In this document: positions 36,871-50,400 of the stretch, piece after piece
Numbering within the stretch: the stretch's first letter is position 1
Layout: each line of letters starts with the position of its first letter
Source of the DNA: Botryllus schlosseri
Taxonomy: Eukaryota
Direction of reading: 5' to 3'
NCBI GenBank assembly: GCA_051294905.1
Contig: CM119380.1
Coordinates: 2,604,001-2,668,000 of the forward strand
DNA length: 64,000 nt
Program-made: the position numbers and the translations under genes
The notes under the pieces: model-generated
Seen by the model: the letters and a program-made list of their open reading frames with translations, nothing else
Told to the model about the DNA's origin: nothing
Databases searched by the model: none

Positions 36871-38269
36871 TCGAATTCGATTTTTCGATTCGAATTTTCA
36901 ATGTGTACCGAATTCGAATTTTCAATGTGTACAACAGATGTGTACAAATGTGTATATTTTATACTACCACAAAGAACATAGTGCGTGTATATTTTATACT
37001 ACCACAAATAACATAGTGCAAGTTTTACATCACATTACGCGAAAATACTGACCAGTATAGAGCCACAGAACGGTTGGTCAAATTCAAATTAGTTAATTCA
37101 GATTCGATTATTGCACCAGTTCTACTGAAGAGTGATGCCAAGCAATGGAGGTGGAGCAAAATTTGTCGACGAAAATTGAAGACCGAACTGTCAGACCGGG
37201 CGGTTATTCGAAATAGCGTGACCAGGCGGTTCTTCAAAATAGCGTGTCATCCAATGCCAGGTTATTCTGACAAAATACCCAAAATGTTTTTTTACATGTA
37301 CTTCATCATTTTTGCAGCATGTAATTCTTAAGCCATACCTTGCATTCTCCTCTTCAATGCAATTTTCATATTTTTACAACCATTTTGATTTCGACATATT
37401 TCAAATGTAGGTCTTCTTAGCCTTTGCCAATGCCAGTATATACCACCTACAATAAGTTGGTTGAAAAGAATCTGGAAATGAAGTAATCAGCAGGGAAAGT
37501 TTTTGCAACTTTGCTTCGTGCTACCTACCTGCTACCATTCAATATCTTTATCTGATCAATGAAAAAATACTACTACGGTTCATACTGAGAACCAACAGTT
37601 TTGACGCGTTTTCTCCGCTGACTAGAATAAGCTCTTTTCATCCTTCGCTTTGGATTTTTCTACAGGTTCTGAATTTGACCAACCGGTCACCAGTATTTGT
37701 GGCTCTCCATACTGTTCCAAACACTGTCTGCCAGGCTTCCTTTTTTGTTTTGTGGCGACACCGTCCGTTTTCAATGATATACAGGTTTTCTTCAAGTTAT
37801 ATGACTTTATAATCTCTGTGGACCGATGATACAATAGCCAAATCAAGCAAAATAATCAAGCATACTAATCATGAAACAAGTGAAACATGCCTGCCTACGT
37901 ACAGAAAATCTTTATGTAATAATTGCATATGACGTTTTATCGTTATAACGAGGTATTTGGAAGTCACACTGTCGATTTTCGGGCAATATGTATGTACCCG
38001 CAAATTCATAAGTTCGAGCCTAAATCGAAACGTGAGTTTATGACAACATTTGAGTTAATATTCATTCTATTTTTTGACGGTTGCGACAAAACATTATTCT
38101 TTGGCTTGCTGTAGCTTAGATTATAATACTGAGCAAGAAAAGTTGTCACGTTTGAGTTTTTTAGGGTATATGTGTCATAGGTCCCCGGGTCGTGTGCCAT
38201 TGGACCCACCGGTTGGGGACCGATGATACGTTCTTGTCCATACCTGTGATCATCAGGATTTATTTTTCA

Positions 38270-38700
38270 GATGTAGATGAAAATGTCCAATATCGACAAG
38301 CCATAATAGAACGCAACAGACCGTGCACTGATGGACGTGGATGTTACTATGTCTGATGTTAAAGAACCTGAAACTGTCACTGACACCCAACCCATTTGCT
38401 GGATATGAAGGGTCATGGCTATCTTTCATGTTAACCGTGTTTATACTTTGGTATCTGCGTCTTCATCTATCCAGCTGTGCCCCGAATAGCTTTGCAGAAC
38501 TGGCAGGCATCTAGCATGTTGTTGATTAATTGACAAGATTCCTTCTAATTCGTCAATATACAATCCTGTACAATGCACATGAATATTGAGAGTAGTTTAT
38601 TTATTGAATAGATGAAAAATTAGAGGCTTACAAACATATAAATAGCAGTCAACAATATCTCGGATTTTAGTGTTCATAACGTTCCTTAATGACCGTGCAA
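38270..38700 (-). mobile_element. Third fragment of the ISL2EU-like family (internal region)
   Basis: Colinear with about 11170-11640 (e.g. AACCCATTTGCTGGATATGAA..GGGTCATGGC). Confidence 0.55.
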
Positions 38701-39639
38701 TAACTGATAACAATCATTAGATGCGCAGGGAGACAGTCAATAGGGCAGATAGAATGTGTTAATCTGAAAATAATACAAGATAATATTAGAAACTACGAAG
38801 TGTCGAGAGCATAATAAAAATCAATATGACGTTCAATAAGAACTAGCTGCCGGTAGTGCTATGCAGATGCGCTAACAGTATATATAAACAATTGCAGGCT
38901 CGGCGCAGTCGAATAATAACTTATAAATCGTTATCTGTATTTCTATCTATTCAACTTAGGCTACTTCGTTCAACTTAGGCTACTTCGATTGGATATAGAT
39001 AGAAGTCGCTTAAAAATACTGATATATGTTTCTACATTTTTGATTGATTTTGTTTAATCTAGGGAAGGAAGTTGACGAGCTACTACGCACATAATATAGT
39101 CGCCAGCTTCACTGGCCTTTTTTAGTAACCAGCACGCCAAATTGAGAGGTGGGGTCGCGACTATAAAAAGTTTGGGAACTCCTGGTCTAGATGCTAGCGA
39201 CATAATTAAACACTATCCTGTATAGATGGATCAAAAGTGATCGGAGTTGGTATAAGCTGGTCGGATAACCAATTCCTATACAATTTATGATGCAATTCAA
39301 ACAGGTAGCATTGCAGCCTAAATACTACACATCGTACCGCACTATAGCATATTAGAAACTACAAAGGACACTGGAGTCGATGATCAACTTGATAGCGACG
39401 TACAGTCATTATAACTACATGGAAATTATTTAGACTAGTCACGATAACGATAATAATGACACTTACTTAACCCGATGTATGGCTGTTACGTAAGCCGTAG
39501 CATCACAGCAAACCACCAAAACATTCTGGGTTGATAGATTGTTATCTACTGATTGTTATTCAACCGTAAATGATTGACAGGCCACGCAGTTACCGTTCTA
39601 TCCCATTCAGTTTTCCATGCCGAGAATGATATGATGTTC

Positions 39640-39927
39640 ATGCTTCAATGATTACAGATATGGCTCTTTCTTATAATTATCAAAATCATGAGGACAGGGT
39701 ATTTAGTCACAGTTTTGAGCTGGTTAAAAAATATGGGGGGGCTCTCGAATTTTTACTGAAATGAGTCATTTTAAATGGAATTTTACTCTACTTATAGTTT
39801 GAAATCACACAAGATGATTACATTTTTGGAAAGAGCCAGTCTCATACTTTGTAATTCTGCAATAATGTAATTCTGCAATAAAAAAATATGGAAAATTTTG
39901 ATTATCTGGGTGTATACCTTCCCCCCC
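39640..39927. mobile_element. Right terminus of a Kolobok-family copy
   Basis: Homologous to about 10430-10699; ends CCTTCCCCCCC|TTAA. Confidence 0.75.
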
Positions 39928-40499
39928 TTAAACCTCAAGTCTAGCAAACGATCGCTGTCCCAACAACCCATAGCCACAGACGCGTAATACCATTCCCCGA
40001 TATCCAGCCTGGGTAAAAAGATACGATGACGACAGGAAAGAAATCAGTCGTGAAAACATCTGTCAACTCATTTAGCGGATCACCGGATCGTTGAGGTAAC
40101 CTCGCAGCCGGGGGACACCGAAATACGCTGTCTCATTCTTGATGTTCATTCCCTTGGCTGATAATTTTCAGTTTTGTGACACGAGTAAGCGTAACACTGT
40201 ATTGCAAACTATAGCAACATACAACGACACTGAGCATTCACTTGCAGAAAATTACCACAAAGAATGGAAACACGACCATATGCACATTGCATATGGCTAC
40301 CAGTACTTGCTGACAGAAAATCAAAATAGCAGAAGATTTCCACCACGCGTAAATATCATATAATGCAAATCGAAACTTGCAGCGGTATTTAAAGTACCAC
40401 TATAAATACAACAATGTACATGTTGTATATGTTCCTGCTGGTAGTATAGGCACAATTGCTGCAAGTGAACAGTGCATTTATATAAACTCGATTTTCGTT

Positions 40500-41990
40500 C
40501 GTTACAACTCAACGAACTTTGTTCAACGAATTTTTCTTTTACATTTAGTTTCTCCTGGTTTGCTGCCACTTCGTTTCGAAAGATTACGTGATATCAACTG
40601 CCCATCAGTGGAGACTGGAGAGTGATAATAATCGTGACAGCTTACAGGCTGCCGGGCGGGGAAATCCATTAACTGCTGAAATGAACGGTCTTGCTCGTTT
40701 TCTGGCATGTCGTTCCAATCCCAAGGAGATACCAAATACTTTTTACAGTTCTTGGCGAGGGTTAAAGTACCACGGCCTGTGATACGCTTTCGTATATCCA
40801 AGTATTGCGATCGCTGATTTGAGTATATTAATTAATTAGATCTGGTGAATTTTTCTTTTACCAATTTGTCAATCGCGTGAGAGCATGGTTCATTCTCTCG
40901 CAGTTGTTATCGGTGAGCCATTCGTGATCGGCGCCTATAACGCTACGCATACGCCTGACCTTTTTCGCAACAAAGGTAACAATCTATTTTGTAAGTATGG
41001 GAACAGCATTGGGCTTATGCTATGGCACCTAGTGAATAGGTCTTCTTCTCTTCGATTAAATTCAATTTCGTACTTGCTATCCAACAGATGACTTGGTTTA
41101 CCAGACAATTCTCGAATGCTTGTCTTTAAATGATTGACACAGAGAACGTACTTGCAGTTTTTGAACGAATTTTCTATTGTTGAGTGTAGCGCAATTTCAT
41201 CATCTGTGCCCACGATAAGCCCATCGCAAGTAAGTGCCTCCTAAAATGGAGCTAAGATGATTGAAGAAGTCGGTAAATGTCCTTTGATCTGACCTATGGT
41301 GGATATATATATATGGGAACCGATGAAAATCTCATTTTCTCGAGTTCTGGTGCTAACCATATTCGCGTTTTTGACAACTGCTACAATAGCGTACACATTG
41401 CCTATGTTGTGTATGTCTTATCAATTCCAAGTACAGTTTTTCCAGTACAACACTTCTTTTTAATGTCCGTTATTTGGTCGTCGGTGTATATAATTATGCT
41501 GGATGCTTTTGCTGGGGAATGGATGACTCTTCTCACAAACTTTTCCGTGTGCATCCTATGAGAGAGAATGGGTATAATTATGAAACATTCCAAACAATTA
41601 GTGAATGGCCTAAATGCGTACCACTGAGACTGCTTCAACATTGCACAAAAACTAGATTTTCTCAAAATGTGAAAAATGAACGTAAGCTGCTCAATTACAC
41701 AGCGACAAAATAGATAACTTTTGAGATTTTGAAAGGATTGATAAGCTACTGCCCGGTCGCACCAAATTTTTCATTTGCATTCGAATTAGTTCGGGCATAT
41801 CTGTTCTAGAGCTTGATTGTCACCAATCGCGTGTCTTAATCTTAAGCCGACCATCGCTTCCATGGGAAAAATGACGTTTTTAGTCACCGGGCTGCATTTT
41901 GTTGAGGCCGAAATTTGGCTGAAGGGGCCGTAAAGATGAAAAATGTTGGGACCACTGTATTGTAGATTTTTATTGTGAAACACCAGAAAG
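40500..41990 (-). pseudogene. MULE/MuDR transposase remnant
   Basis: IIIYTDDQITDIKKKCC...VLGIDKTY; GTDDEIAL...F...VLCVNHLK (D and CxxH); WLTDNNCERMNH (E). Boundaries approximate. Confidence 0.75.
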
Positions 41991-42199
41991 ATACCAAGTC
42001 CAGCTGTAGAAGAGAGATTTACTTACCCTTGAAGCAGCAACAAAACGAACCACTCAGGGAGACTTCAGCAACGCGCAAACCACGCAATCATGTTTCAGGC
42101 ATCACTCAGGTAGAGCATGTATCACGTCTAGACCAGTGATTCCCAACCGCGGCCCCCAAAATTATTAAGACAAAATAAAAGTTATATTTATTTGTGCTT

Positions 42200-42784
42200 T
42201 TCATCAATGGCTGAGCGGCTGTTCAGCTCTGCTGGGAATATTGTTTCACCTCTGCGCAACAGTCTCACTCCGAAGAACGTTCAAGTCCTGACATTTCTAC
42301 ATGTGAACTTGCACAAGCTGGACTTTTTGAATTAGAAAACTTACCTTATTTGTATCAATTTCGTTGATGTCAATAATTGAGTGAGCACCATTCACCGACT
42401 AGCTTCATGCGAGTGTATTTCGTTCTTGATTTATGTGATTACCGGCCATGCCCTCAGCAAAGAGTTGCTAAATATTAAAAACGGAGAGCTCAATATTTTG
42501 GTCTAACGTTTGTAACAAAGCAAATAAAGTGTTTGAAATCGGCAAGGTGTATGCTCATTTAATGCAGAGTCACTTTTTGTGCTGCCAACTCCACACAGAG
42601 AGTGGCCCGAAGTTGAAATAGGAAGACTTTCAACCACAGCCGTTCAAGTGCCGTAAAAAATGTAATTTTGAAAAAGGTTCACAGTGCAGAACCTACCAAG
42701 GTTCTGTTGTGAAAGCGAACCTCTAAATTTTCGAGGTTCACACACAGAACGCGAACGAGAACCTCACGTTCACACCATCCCTAG
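42200..42784 (+). mobile_element. 3' end of a hAT element with the transposase dimerisation-domain tail
   Basis: SMAERLFSSAGNIVSPLRNSLTPKNVQVLTFLHVNL, followed by sequence matching 4100-4564 and ending in the TIR GTTCACACCATCCCTA. Confidence 0.8.
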
Positions 42785-44520
42785 TTGCTATATCTATGCA
42801 ACATCCATGTTCTCTAACTTGAAATCGAAAGAAGTAACATCTAGTGGGTTATGATTAGTTGATTGAGATAACCTTCGCCCGAAGAAATCATTACTGTTGC
42901 TATATCTTTGCAACGTCCATGTTCTCTAACCTGAAATCGAAAGAAACATCCAGCTCTTGAGTTCTCCTCAATGCACCATTGAGACGGCATTGGTATTCCT
43001 TCCCGTGGTCGAAGGGTATCTACGACGTACTCCAGCGTAAGTTCCAAGTCTACAAACCCCTGATTGTCGGCGTTGGCTGACCCTGACAGGTCTGATGCGT
43101 TCGTTGGCCACAAGAATCCCATTTTCGTCATACCCGACATTAAGAAGTGCACCCTGTAATGTTATGCATGGATTTTGTAATATAAACCATACCAGCCGCC
43201 TGCAGTCGGGCGGCATTCGGCGACCTGTAAATTACAAATGAAATATTGTACCAATTCACGAAGTTGCAAATTTGATAAGTGCTGATACTCATGACTCCTA
43301 ACTATCAAAACCTTTTATATGACCTTTTGTCAAACTTATTGCTACCCTCACCAATCTGCTGAATCAACTATATTTGCATATACCTGAGTTGTTACGTAAG
43401 AAAACTTTTGCACGTTTCCTTGTCCGACCTCCTTTTTTAAGTAGCGAATGGAATTTTTAAATGTTCCGATGCTTTTCTCAAACTTATACCTTTCTCATAT
43501 ACTTTTTCGTGAGGCGTCATTCAAGTCCTCTTTAGATAATGAAGCTCTCTTAGTTTTATATTTTTTCGAAAGTTGGCTTAATCTAGAGACTCAATGATTG
43601 ACTCTGTACTGACAAAAATATTATCCAGTTTTCTATGAGCATATCTGACTCAATAATTGACTCTGTACTGACTAAAATATCCAAGAATCTCTTTTGCCAT
43701 GATAGAAAAACTGCAGCTCATGTTTAAAAAAGTTTTATGTAACCATGACGTTTTTAGGGCGCTGTATCATCGGCTTCCTAACACAAAAATTTCTGAATTC
43801 AGAAGAATTCTTCACTTTTTGATCCAATATTGCTGGAAGTTCTCGCTAAAATGGAACCTAATATGACCTTTAAATTCGCTACAAAAATCGTAAGTGGCCA
43901 CTTCATCATATTAAATGACAAATTTTACCGTAACTAAATTTACTTACTATTGACCCAAAAAAACATAAAACAGCTAATAAATCTACATGACGTGTAACGA
44001 CAACGTGATCATAGAAAACTATCGATCGCTGTATTTTCGGAACCAGTGATTCATCGGTACCACATATCCCCTACTCCAGAAAATGGTAATGGTAAAATGG
44101 TTATGGTAAGTGTGTCCGAGATTTAATGAACACTTGTGCACAGTCACTTGAAGCGCAAGTAACATCTTTATTTTAGTGGGTTGTCATTAGTTGATTGAGA
44201 TTACCTTCGCCCAAGGAAATCATTACTGTTGCTATATCTATGCAACATCCATGTTCTCTAACCCGAAATCGGAAGATGCGCACTCAGCTCTTGATTTCTC
44301 CCCAATGCACCATTGAGACGGCATTGGCCACAAGAATCCATTTTAGTCATACCTGACATTAGGAAGGGCACCCTGTAATGTTACAAATAGATTTTGTAAT
44401 ATGAAACATACCAGCCAATGGGGTACGGCTTGCTGCCTGCAGTCGGGCGGCATTCGGCAATTTCTTGAAGCATTTCGTTCTCGCTTAGTACAACTGGAAT
44501 ATCGTTGGCTTCGACGGCAG
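42785..44520 (-). other. Tandemly duplicated, unrecognised coding-like fragment (copies ~42785-43230 and ~44170-44520)
   Basis: Two diverged copies encode AECRPTAG..GW|V(H/P)FLMSGMTKM across a candidate 39-bp GT-AG intron; substitutions are mostly synonymous in this frame. Confidence 0.45.
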
Positions 44521-47128
44521 GAGTAGCTGTCAAATAGAATCAAGGATATGACGAGAAATTGAATAATACATTCATATTTAAAGAAACCCGAATATTTTCG
44601 GCTGACACTAGTCGGGGGTCATTGTCACAAAGGATGGAATTGGAAAGCACATTCTATTGTAGATTAACAAAGGTATTACCAAATATAACGGGAAATGATA
44701 GTGTAATGGTGATGCATCCGGCTTCTTGATCAGCTTACTATCCGACAATTATCAAAGAAAAGCTCAGCGGAGTTATTTGAGTCAAATTTGTTCTGCATCG
44801 TTTCTGAAGATAGTGCAACAAATCTCATGGGGTTGCCAGAAACAATTTTTTTCGCATTTTCGGGTGAATTCAAAATTCTTAGCCAGTACGAAATTTGCGA
44901 TGACCGGTCGGAACGAATTCAAATTTCGTGTGCGTCGGGGTTCAAGGCCACCGAACGATTTAATCACGTAGCCAGAAAGATTCTGGAAAAAAGTGTTTTT
45001 TGAACAGTTCTTGTGTGTAGCTAGTCCGATCAAGGTATGAAGGCTTCTGCGTTGCGAGGAAAACACTTGAAAATCATTGATAATACAGTCTTTGGTGGAC
45101 GGGAGTGAAAATCATTTCTCACTACACGACACGATAATGCTCGATTCGGATCCTAGCGCTCGAATCATAGAATAAAATAAGGAACCCATTTTCGAAGAAA
45201 TTATACGGACAGCACGTTTTCTACAAGTATACGCCAGTGACGTGCGGTCAAATGAGGCAAGTGAAGTGCCTCACCTGTCGTTAGGGGGAGTAAGAGAAAC
45301 TTGTGAAACCCTCGATGATTATTGATATTTTCCATCGATGTTCATAAATAACTGAAGTTGAACAATTTCTTCACCCAACATCTTCAATATGCATAATTAT
45401 ATAAAAAAAAATGCAGCGCGAAATGAGATGCGAGGCACGGGTTGGTCGTGCCTCACCTGCGACAATGCAATTCATCATAAACAACTCGGAATTCATAATA
45501 GCTGTTATCAATTAAAAGCTACCGTCGCGCTGATTCTAAAAATCTAAATATTAACAATGTCAGAGCACCAGAACTCCGTCAAAATCGCCAAGGAAAGTTA
45601 CGTTCGGCTTTAGGCTTTATTATGGAGAATGCCATCGCAGGTAAACAATAGCCAGGTGAGGCACAAACGGTCCACCCATATAGGTAGGGTTGCCATACCG
45701 TCCTTATTTCCAAGATTTGTCCCTATTTTCAAGAGCTACGTCTTAGAAAATTCGACTGTCCTCATTTCTAAGAAATGCCCTTCTTTTCTACTTGCGTCCT
45801 TATTTTGTCTTATTGTCTTTCTCTGGTATCTGTGTTGCATAACATTCCGAAATTATGATTCTACGTCGAGATTTTATGACATCATAAATGAAAGGAACTC
45901 CCGTGGGCCGTGGCGTACACACCACAGGATTTGACTTCTATGTGGTGAGGTAGTAAGGGCAATGAGTGGTATAGAAGTTTCAACTGTACCAAGCTATCGC
46001 AGCGGGCGTCAATTTAGTAGTAAACAGCAGCTACAGGTGTCTGCCGTCTAGTCAGCAGAATAAGCTGTGCGGAAGCCAACATTTATTGAGTACTGGAAAA
46101 GGGCGCAGTGCATGCCGTCGACACTTGGGCTAAAAAGTAGTAAAACTATTAATCACTGACAAATTTAACTAAATCATACTGCACATATTCGATTGTTTTT
46201 ACATATAGACTGTATTCCCTTTTGATTACTTTGCTTTTCATGATTGTTGTAGAATATTGCATATTTGGCATAAAATGCAGTGACTGAATTTTCATTGACG
46301 TGCCGCGATAAGTCTCTAAGCAAAAGACCGGACGTGGCTATGAGTTTTGGAAAAAATATCGACATCAATTTTTCCATAAAATTGTCGGAGAAATATGCAT
46401 TTTACTCGGGGAATTTTTCTTTACAATTTCCATTTCTGTATGATTCATTGTGCTTGAATTCGTTGATCATTTTCTCATAGCGTAAATGGAAGGGGGACTT
46501 GAGCTCCTGTTTTTTGTCCAGCGACGGAACATTCGTAAAAAATCTTCATCATTGCCGAAATCGTCAGTCTCCTTCTTCAGACGTCAAGTCGCGTGATTTG
46601 TTAATACTTTTGAGTACTTGTAGACGTCGATAGCACGATACCACATCTGGAGTATTCTGCCTCGAAAGGAGGATAGTGCATAAGTATTGTCAAGTCCAAC
46701 TTGTCCATATTGGTGGCCATAAACAAACTGATCCAGTGCATTGCATCCTTATGTACAATTTACATGCTTCTTGTAATGTTTATGACACATCCGTGACGCA
46801 GCCTTCGTGCAGTGACTCAAACAATTTAAAACGAAACTGCGATCAAGATCGTGCTCCTGGGCATTGCCAGTCGCAATTCGGTACAACATTTCATAATATT
46901 GTAACCTGGTTTCCCTGCAATACACCCATAACACTGAATGCCACAGTGCACGAGCCCCATCGATCAAAAATAGTCTAGGATTCGATTTTGGGGGAGCAGC
47001 ATCCTTTAAGCGCTGTAAAAATGTTACAATACTTGTGGCCGTGTGTGATGCTGTTACAAAAGTAGCAACAGGAAATCCAGGATAACCCTGATATGGACAT
47101 CGCACAAGAATTGAATAAATTTGGTATG

Positions 47129-47325
47129 TGTTGTGGAATTACTTTGCGATTGTCGATAATGACTCGTGCTCGTTGATTGTTTTCCTGTGTTCCTACCGTC
47201 GTTAGTATTTCGTGTGTCGTAGTTCTGTTAAGGTTTGGTCGTGAATAAACGTGGTCGTGCTTGTACTGCATCGGTATAGCCTTCTTTGGTATATGATCAA
47301 GAAATAGTTTAAGAGGAACACAACA
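47129..47325 (+). repeat. 5' LTR
   Basis: TGTTGTG...CACAACA, 197 bp, contains AATAAA; identical by eye to 51703-51899. Confidence 0.97.
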
Positions 47326-47334
47326 AAGCGTTTC

Positions 47335-47352
47335 TGGCGACGAGGATGGGAT
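47335..47352 (+). promoter_or_regulatory. Primer binding site complementary to the 3' end of tRNA-Ser(GCT)
   Basis: TGGCGACGAGGATGGGAT is the complement of ATCCCATCCTCGTCG+CCA, which I recall as the animal tRNA-Ser(GCT) 3' end. Confidence 0.8.
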
Positions 47353-47467
47353 CCTGTGATATATATGGGATCTGAGCTATTTCAACATTTCCAAGAAGAG
47401 GTTGCAGTGCGACTAAGTTTTATTCGTGAGACGTACATACTTCAAGTGCGTGACTACCACACCCAAC

Positions 47468-50400
47468 ATGTCCGAAGAACTCGTTAACGTTCTTAAGGAA
47501 CAGTTAGAACAGCAGCGTAAAGAGATGGACGAGCAGAGGGCACATAACGAACAGCAGATGAAAGCATGGATGGAGACACTGCGTCAAATATCTTGTCAGG
47601 CGGTCTCCACTGCGCCGGTCAGCAATGTGTTAGTTCAGCCATTTGCGCCATTTGACTCGACAATAGAACTCTGGACCGATTATTGGGAACGCTTCAGTAC
47701 ATTCGTGAGCGCACACTCCGTGCCGAATGATAAAGTGGCCCATGTATTCCTTACGAATCAAAGTCCAGTGGTCTACAAGATGTTGCAGAACATAGCTGCG
47801 CAGCAGGCCGATCCTAAGAAGATTAATGATCTTTCCATTGAAGAAATTAACGCTTTTATGAAAGAGCACTATGATCCGAAGCAATTTGTGATTAGAGAAC
47901 GCTACAAATTTTGGAGTGACATGAAGCGCAAACCTGGTGAAACCATACCACAATTAGCTGCTCGTATCAGGCAAGACGCGATCACATGTGACTTTTCTTC
48001 AATTAAAAATCCGTTGGACGAAGCGATGTCCACGCGATTTATGTGTTCGGCGGGAAATGAAGCTGTTCTAAAGGCAGTATTTAAACTGAAAAGCGATTCT
48101 TTGAACTTCGAGACTGTTGTCAAAACAGCAACTGATACGGAAGATGCCGCCAAGGTAGCAAAAGAAACCGTTTATGGTGCAAAATCCGAAAACCCGTTTC
48201 AAACTAACGTGGTTAAGTCTTCTTATACAAAGAAAAGTAAAGGAGACGCCCAGAACTCCAAGAGTCGAGTTGCTGGATATGAAGGGGAAGGAAGAAACCT
48301 CTCTGAAAAGGCGTGTTTTCGATGTGACAAGTGCGGACACTCTCCTGATGAATGTAAATATGTAGATGCTGTCTGTCATTACTGCGACAAAAGAGGTCAC
48401 ATTCAACCAGCATGTCGTATCAAAAAGAAAGATAGGTTGACGGAGAAATGTGTTCGTAAGAACCGTCGCGTTAGAAGTGTTAAACATACACGATCGTATC
48501 CAGAAATCGAAATCGACGTGTATATCAATGAAGACATCCAGTCATTTGAGTTGGATACTGGCGCGAGAGAAAATTTCATGTCCAAAGACAGATGGATCGC
48601 TCTGGGAAGACCTGCTTTGCTAAAGGTGAATGCTGAGTTCGAATCTGCATCCTTGCATAAACTGAACACTCTAGGTACATTCACACCTAAGAATGTTTCA
48701 CTGACAGATGTGAACAATCGGTCAGAAATATCCGATTTCTCATTTATAGTTACCGATATACCGAATTTGAACTTGATAGGCCGTAGTGGAATATTGAAGT
48801 TAGGAATTTCAATCGATGCTCTGCTATACGGTAACAGTGTTGTAAAATCACTTTCCAATGTTGATTTTTCGGAATTGGCCAAACGCTGCGAGGATATCAG
48901 TAACGAATTCCCAGAACTTTTCAAATCTGAATTGGGTTGTTTAAAGGATGTTAAGCTAGACATTCGATTTAAAAATGATGCGAAACCTATTTTCTGTAAA
49001 TATCGCCCAGTACCGTTTGCTATCCGTGATGAGTTATCCCAAGCGTATGATGTAGGGATAGCCAAAGGTGTGTGGCAACCTGTCGATTTTAATGATTATG
49101 GTACGCCTGTTGTTCCAATTCGTAAACGATCGCTTCCTGGTAGTAAATCGGGAAAGATTCGTGTGTGCGGCGATTATTCTGTTACAGTTAATTCGCAACT
49201 TGAAACGCATAGACAACCTATTCCACTCGCGGAAGAGCTCATGCAGAAATTGGGCGGTGGATATGGTTTTACGAAGATTGACTTGGCTGATGCCTATAAC
49301 CAAGTTCAACTGAGTGAAGAGAGTCAAAAGAGACTTGCTCTCAGCACACATCGTGGGGTCTTGCTGCAAATGAGGTTACCGTTCGGAATCTCTTCAGCAC
49401 CAGGTTATTTCACTGAAATCATGAATCAGCTGACTGCCGACTTGAAAGGTGTAGCTGTTTACCTGGATGACATTTTGGTCAGCGGCGTCGACGCCGCCGA
49501 TCACATGAATAATCTCCGTGCGTTATTGAAGAGACTTCAAGACAAAGGTCTCCGATGCCGAAGAGAAAAGTGCACATTCGCACAACCGTCAGTCGAATAC
49601 CTAGGTCACAAATTATCAAGTGCCGGTATTTCCAAAGGTTCGAAAGTGGAGGCAGTGTTGAAAATGCCTGCTCCATCTAACGTTTCTGGTCTCAAATCAT
49701 TTCTGGGCCAAGTACAATTCTACAGTAAATTTTTACCCAATCTGTCAGCGGTGACGGAACCGTTACACCGTCTTACAAGAAAGGGAATCCCGTGGTTTTG
49801 GGGTAAAGATGCGCAAGATTCATTCGAAGAATTGAAGAAAATGCTATGTGCAGATTTGCTCCTGGTTCACTTTGATCCAACAAAGAAGTTAGGATTATCA
49901 TGTGACGCTTCGGAAGTAGGAATTGGTTGCGTACTTTTTCACCGTTCTGAAGATGGTTCTGAGAAGCCAATTTCCTACATGTCCAAAACGTTGACGGAAA
50001 CTCAACGAAAGTATAGCCAGATTCACAAAGAAGCTTTGGCTATCATTTTTGCTCTCCAGAAGTATCATCAATACTTGTATGGAAGAAAGTTTATATTGGT
50101 TACTGACCATAAACCTCTACTGGCATTGTTTGGACCAAGCAAAGCGATACCGGCCCTCGCAGCAAATCGTCTGGCAAGATGGGCACTGACTTTGAACCAA
50201 TACGATTATGATATTGAATATCGTAATACAAAGCAACACGGTAATGCTGATGCATTGAGTCGACTCCCGTTCAGTCATGACTCCGTATTTGATAAAGGGG
50301 AGGAAGAGGACAATATGAACATTGTTAGCACAGTACGTACTGTGAGCCAACAGATTAATCCTTCTGATCCTGGTATATTGGCAAAAGAATCCAGCAAAGA

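Noticed and set aside
42841-43152. Resemblance of the orphan peptide to SUFU-type domains (HFLMSGM / GFVDLELTL)
   Set aside because: Two short motifs only, recognised by eye; not supportable without a profile search.
47335-47354. tRNA gene
   Set aside because: Only an 18-nt complement of a tRNA 3' end (the PBS); no cloverleaf or A/B boxes.
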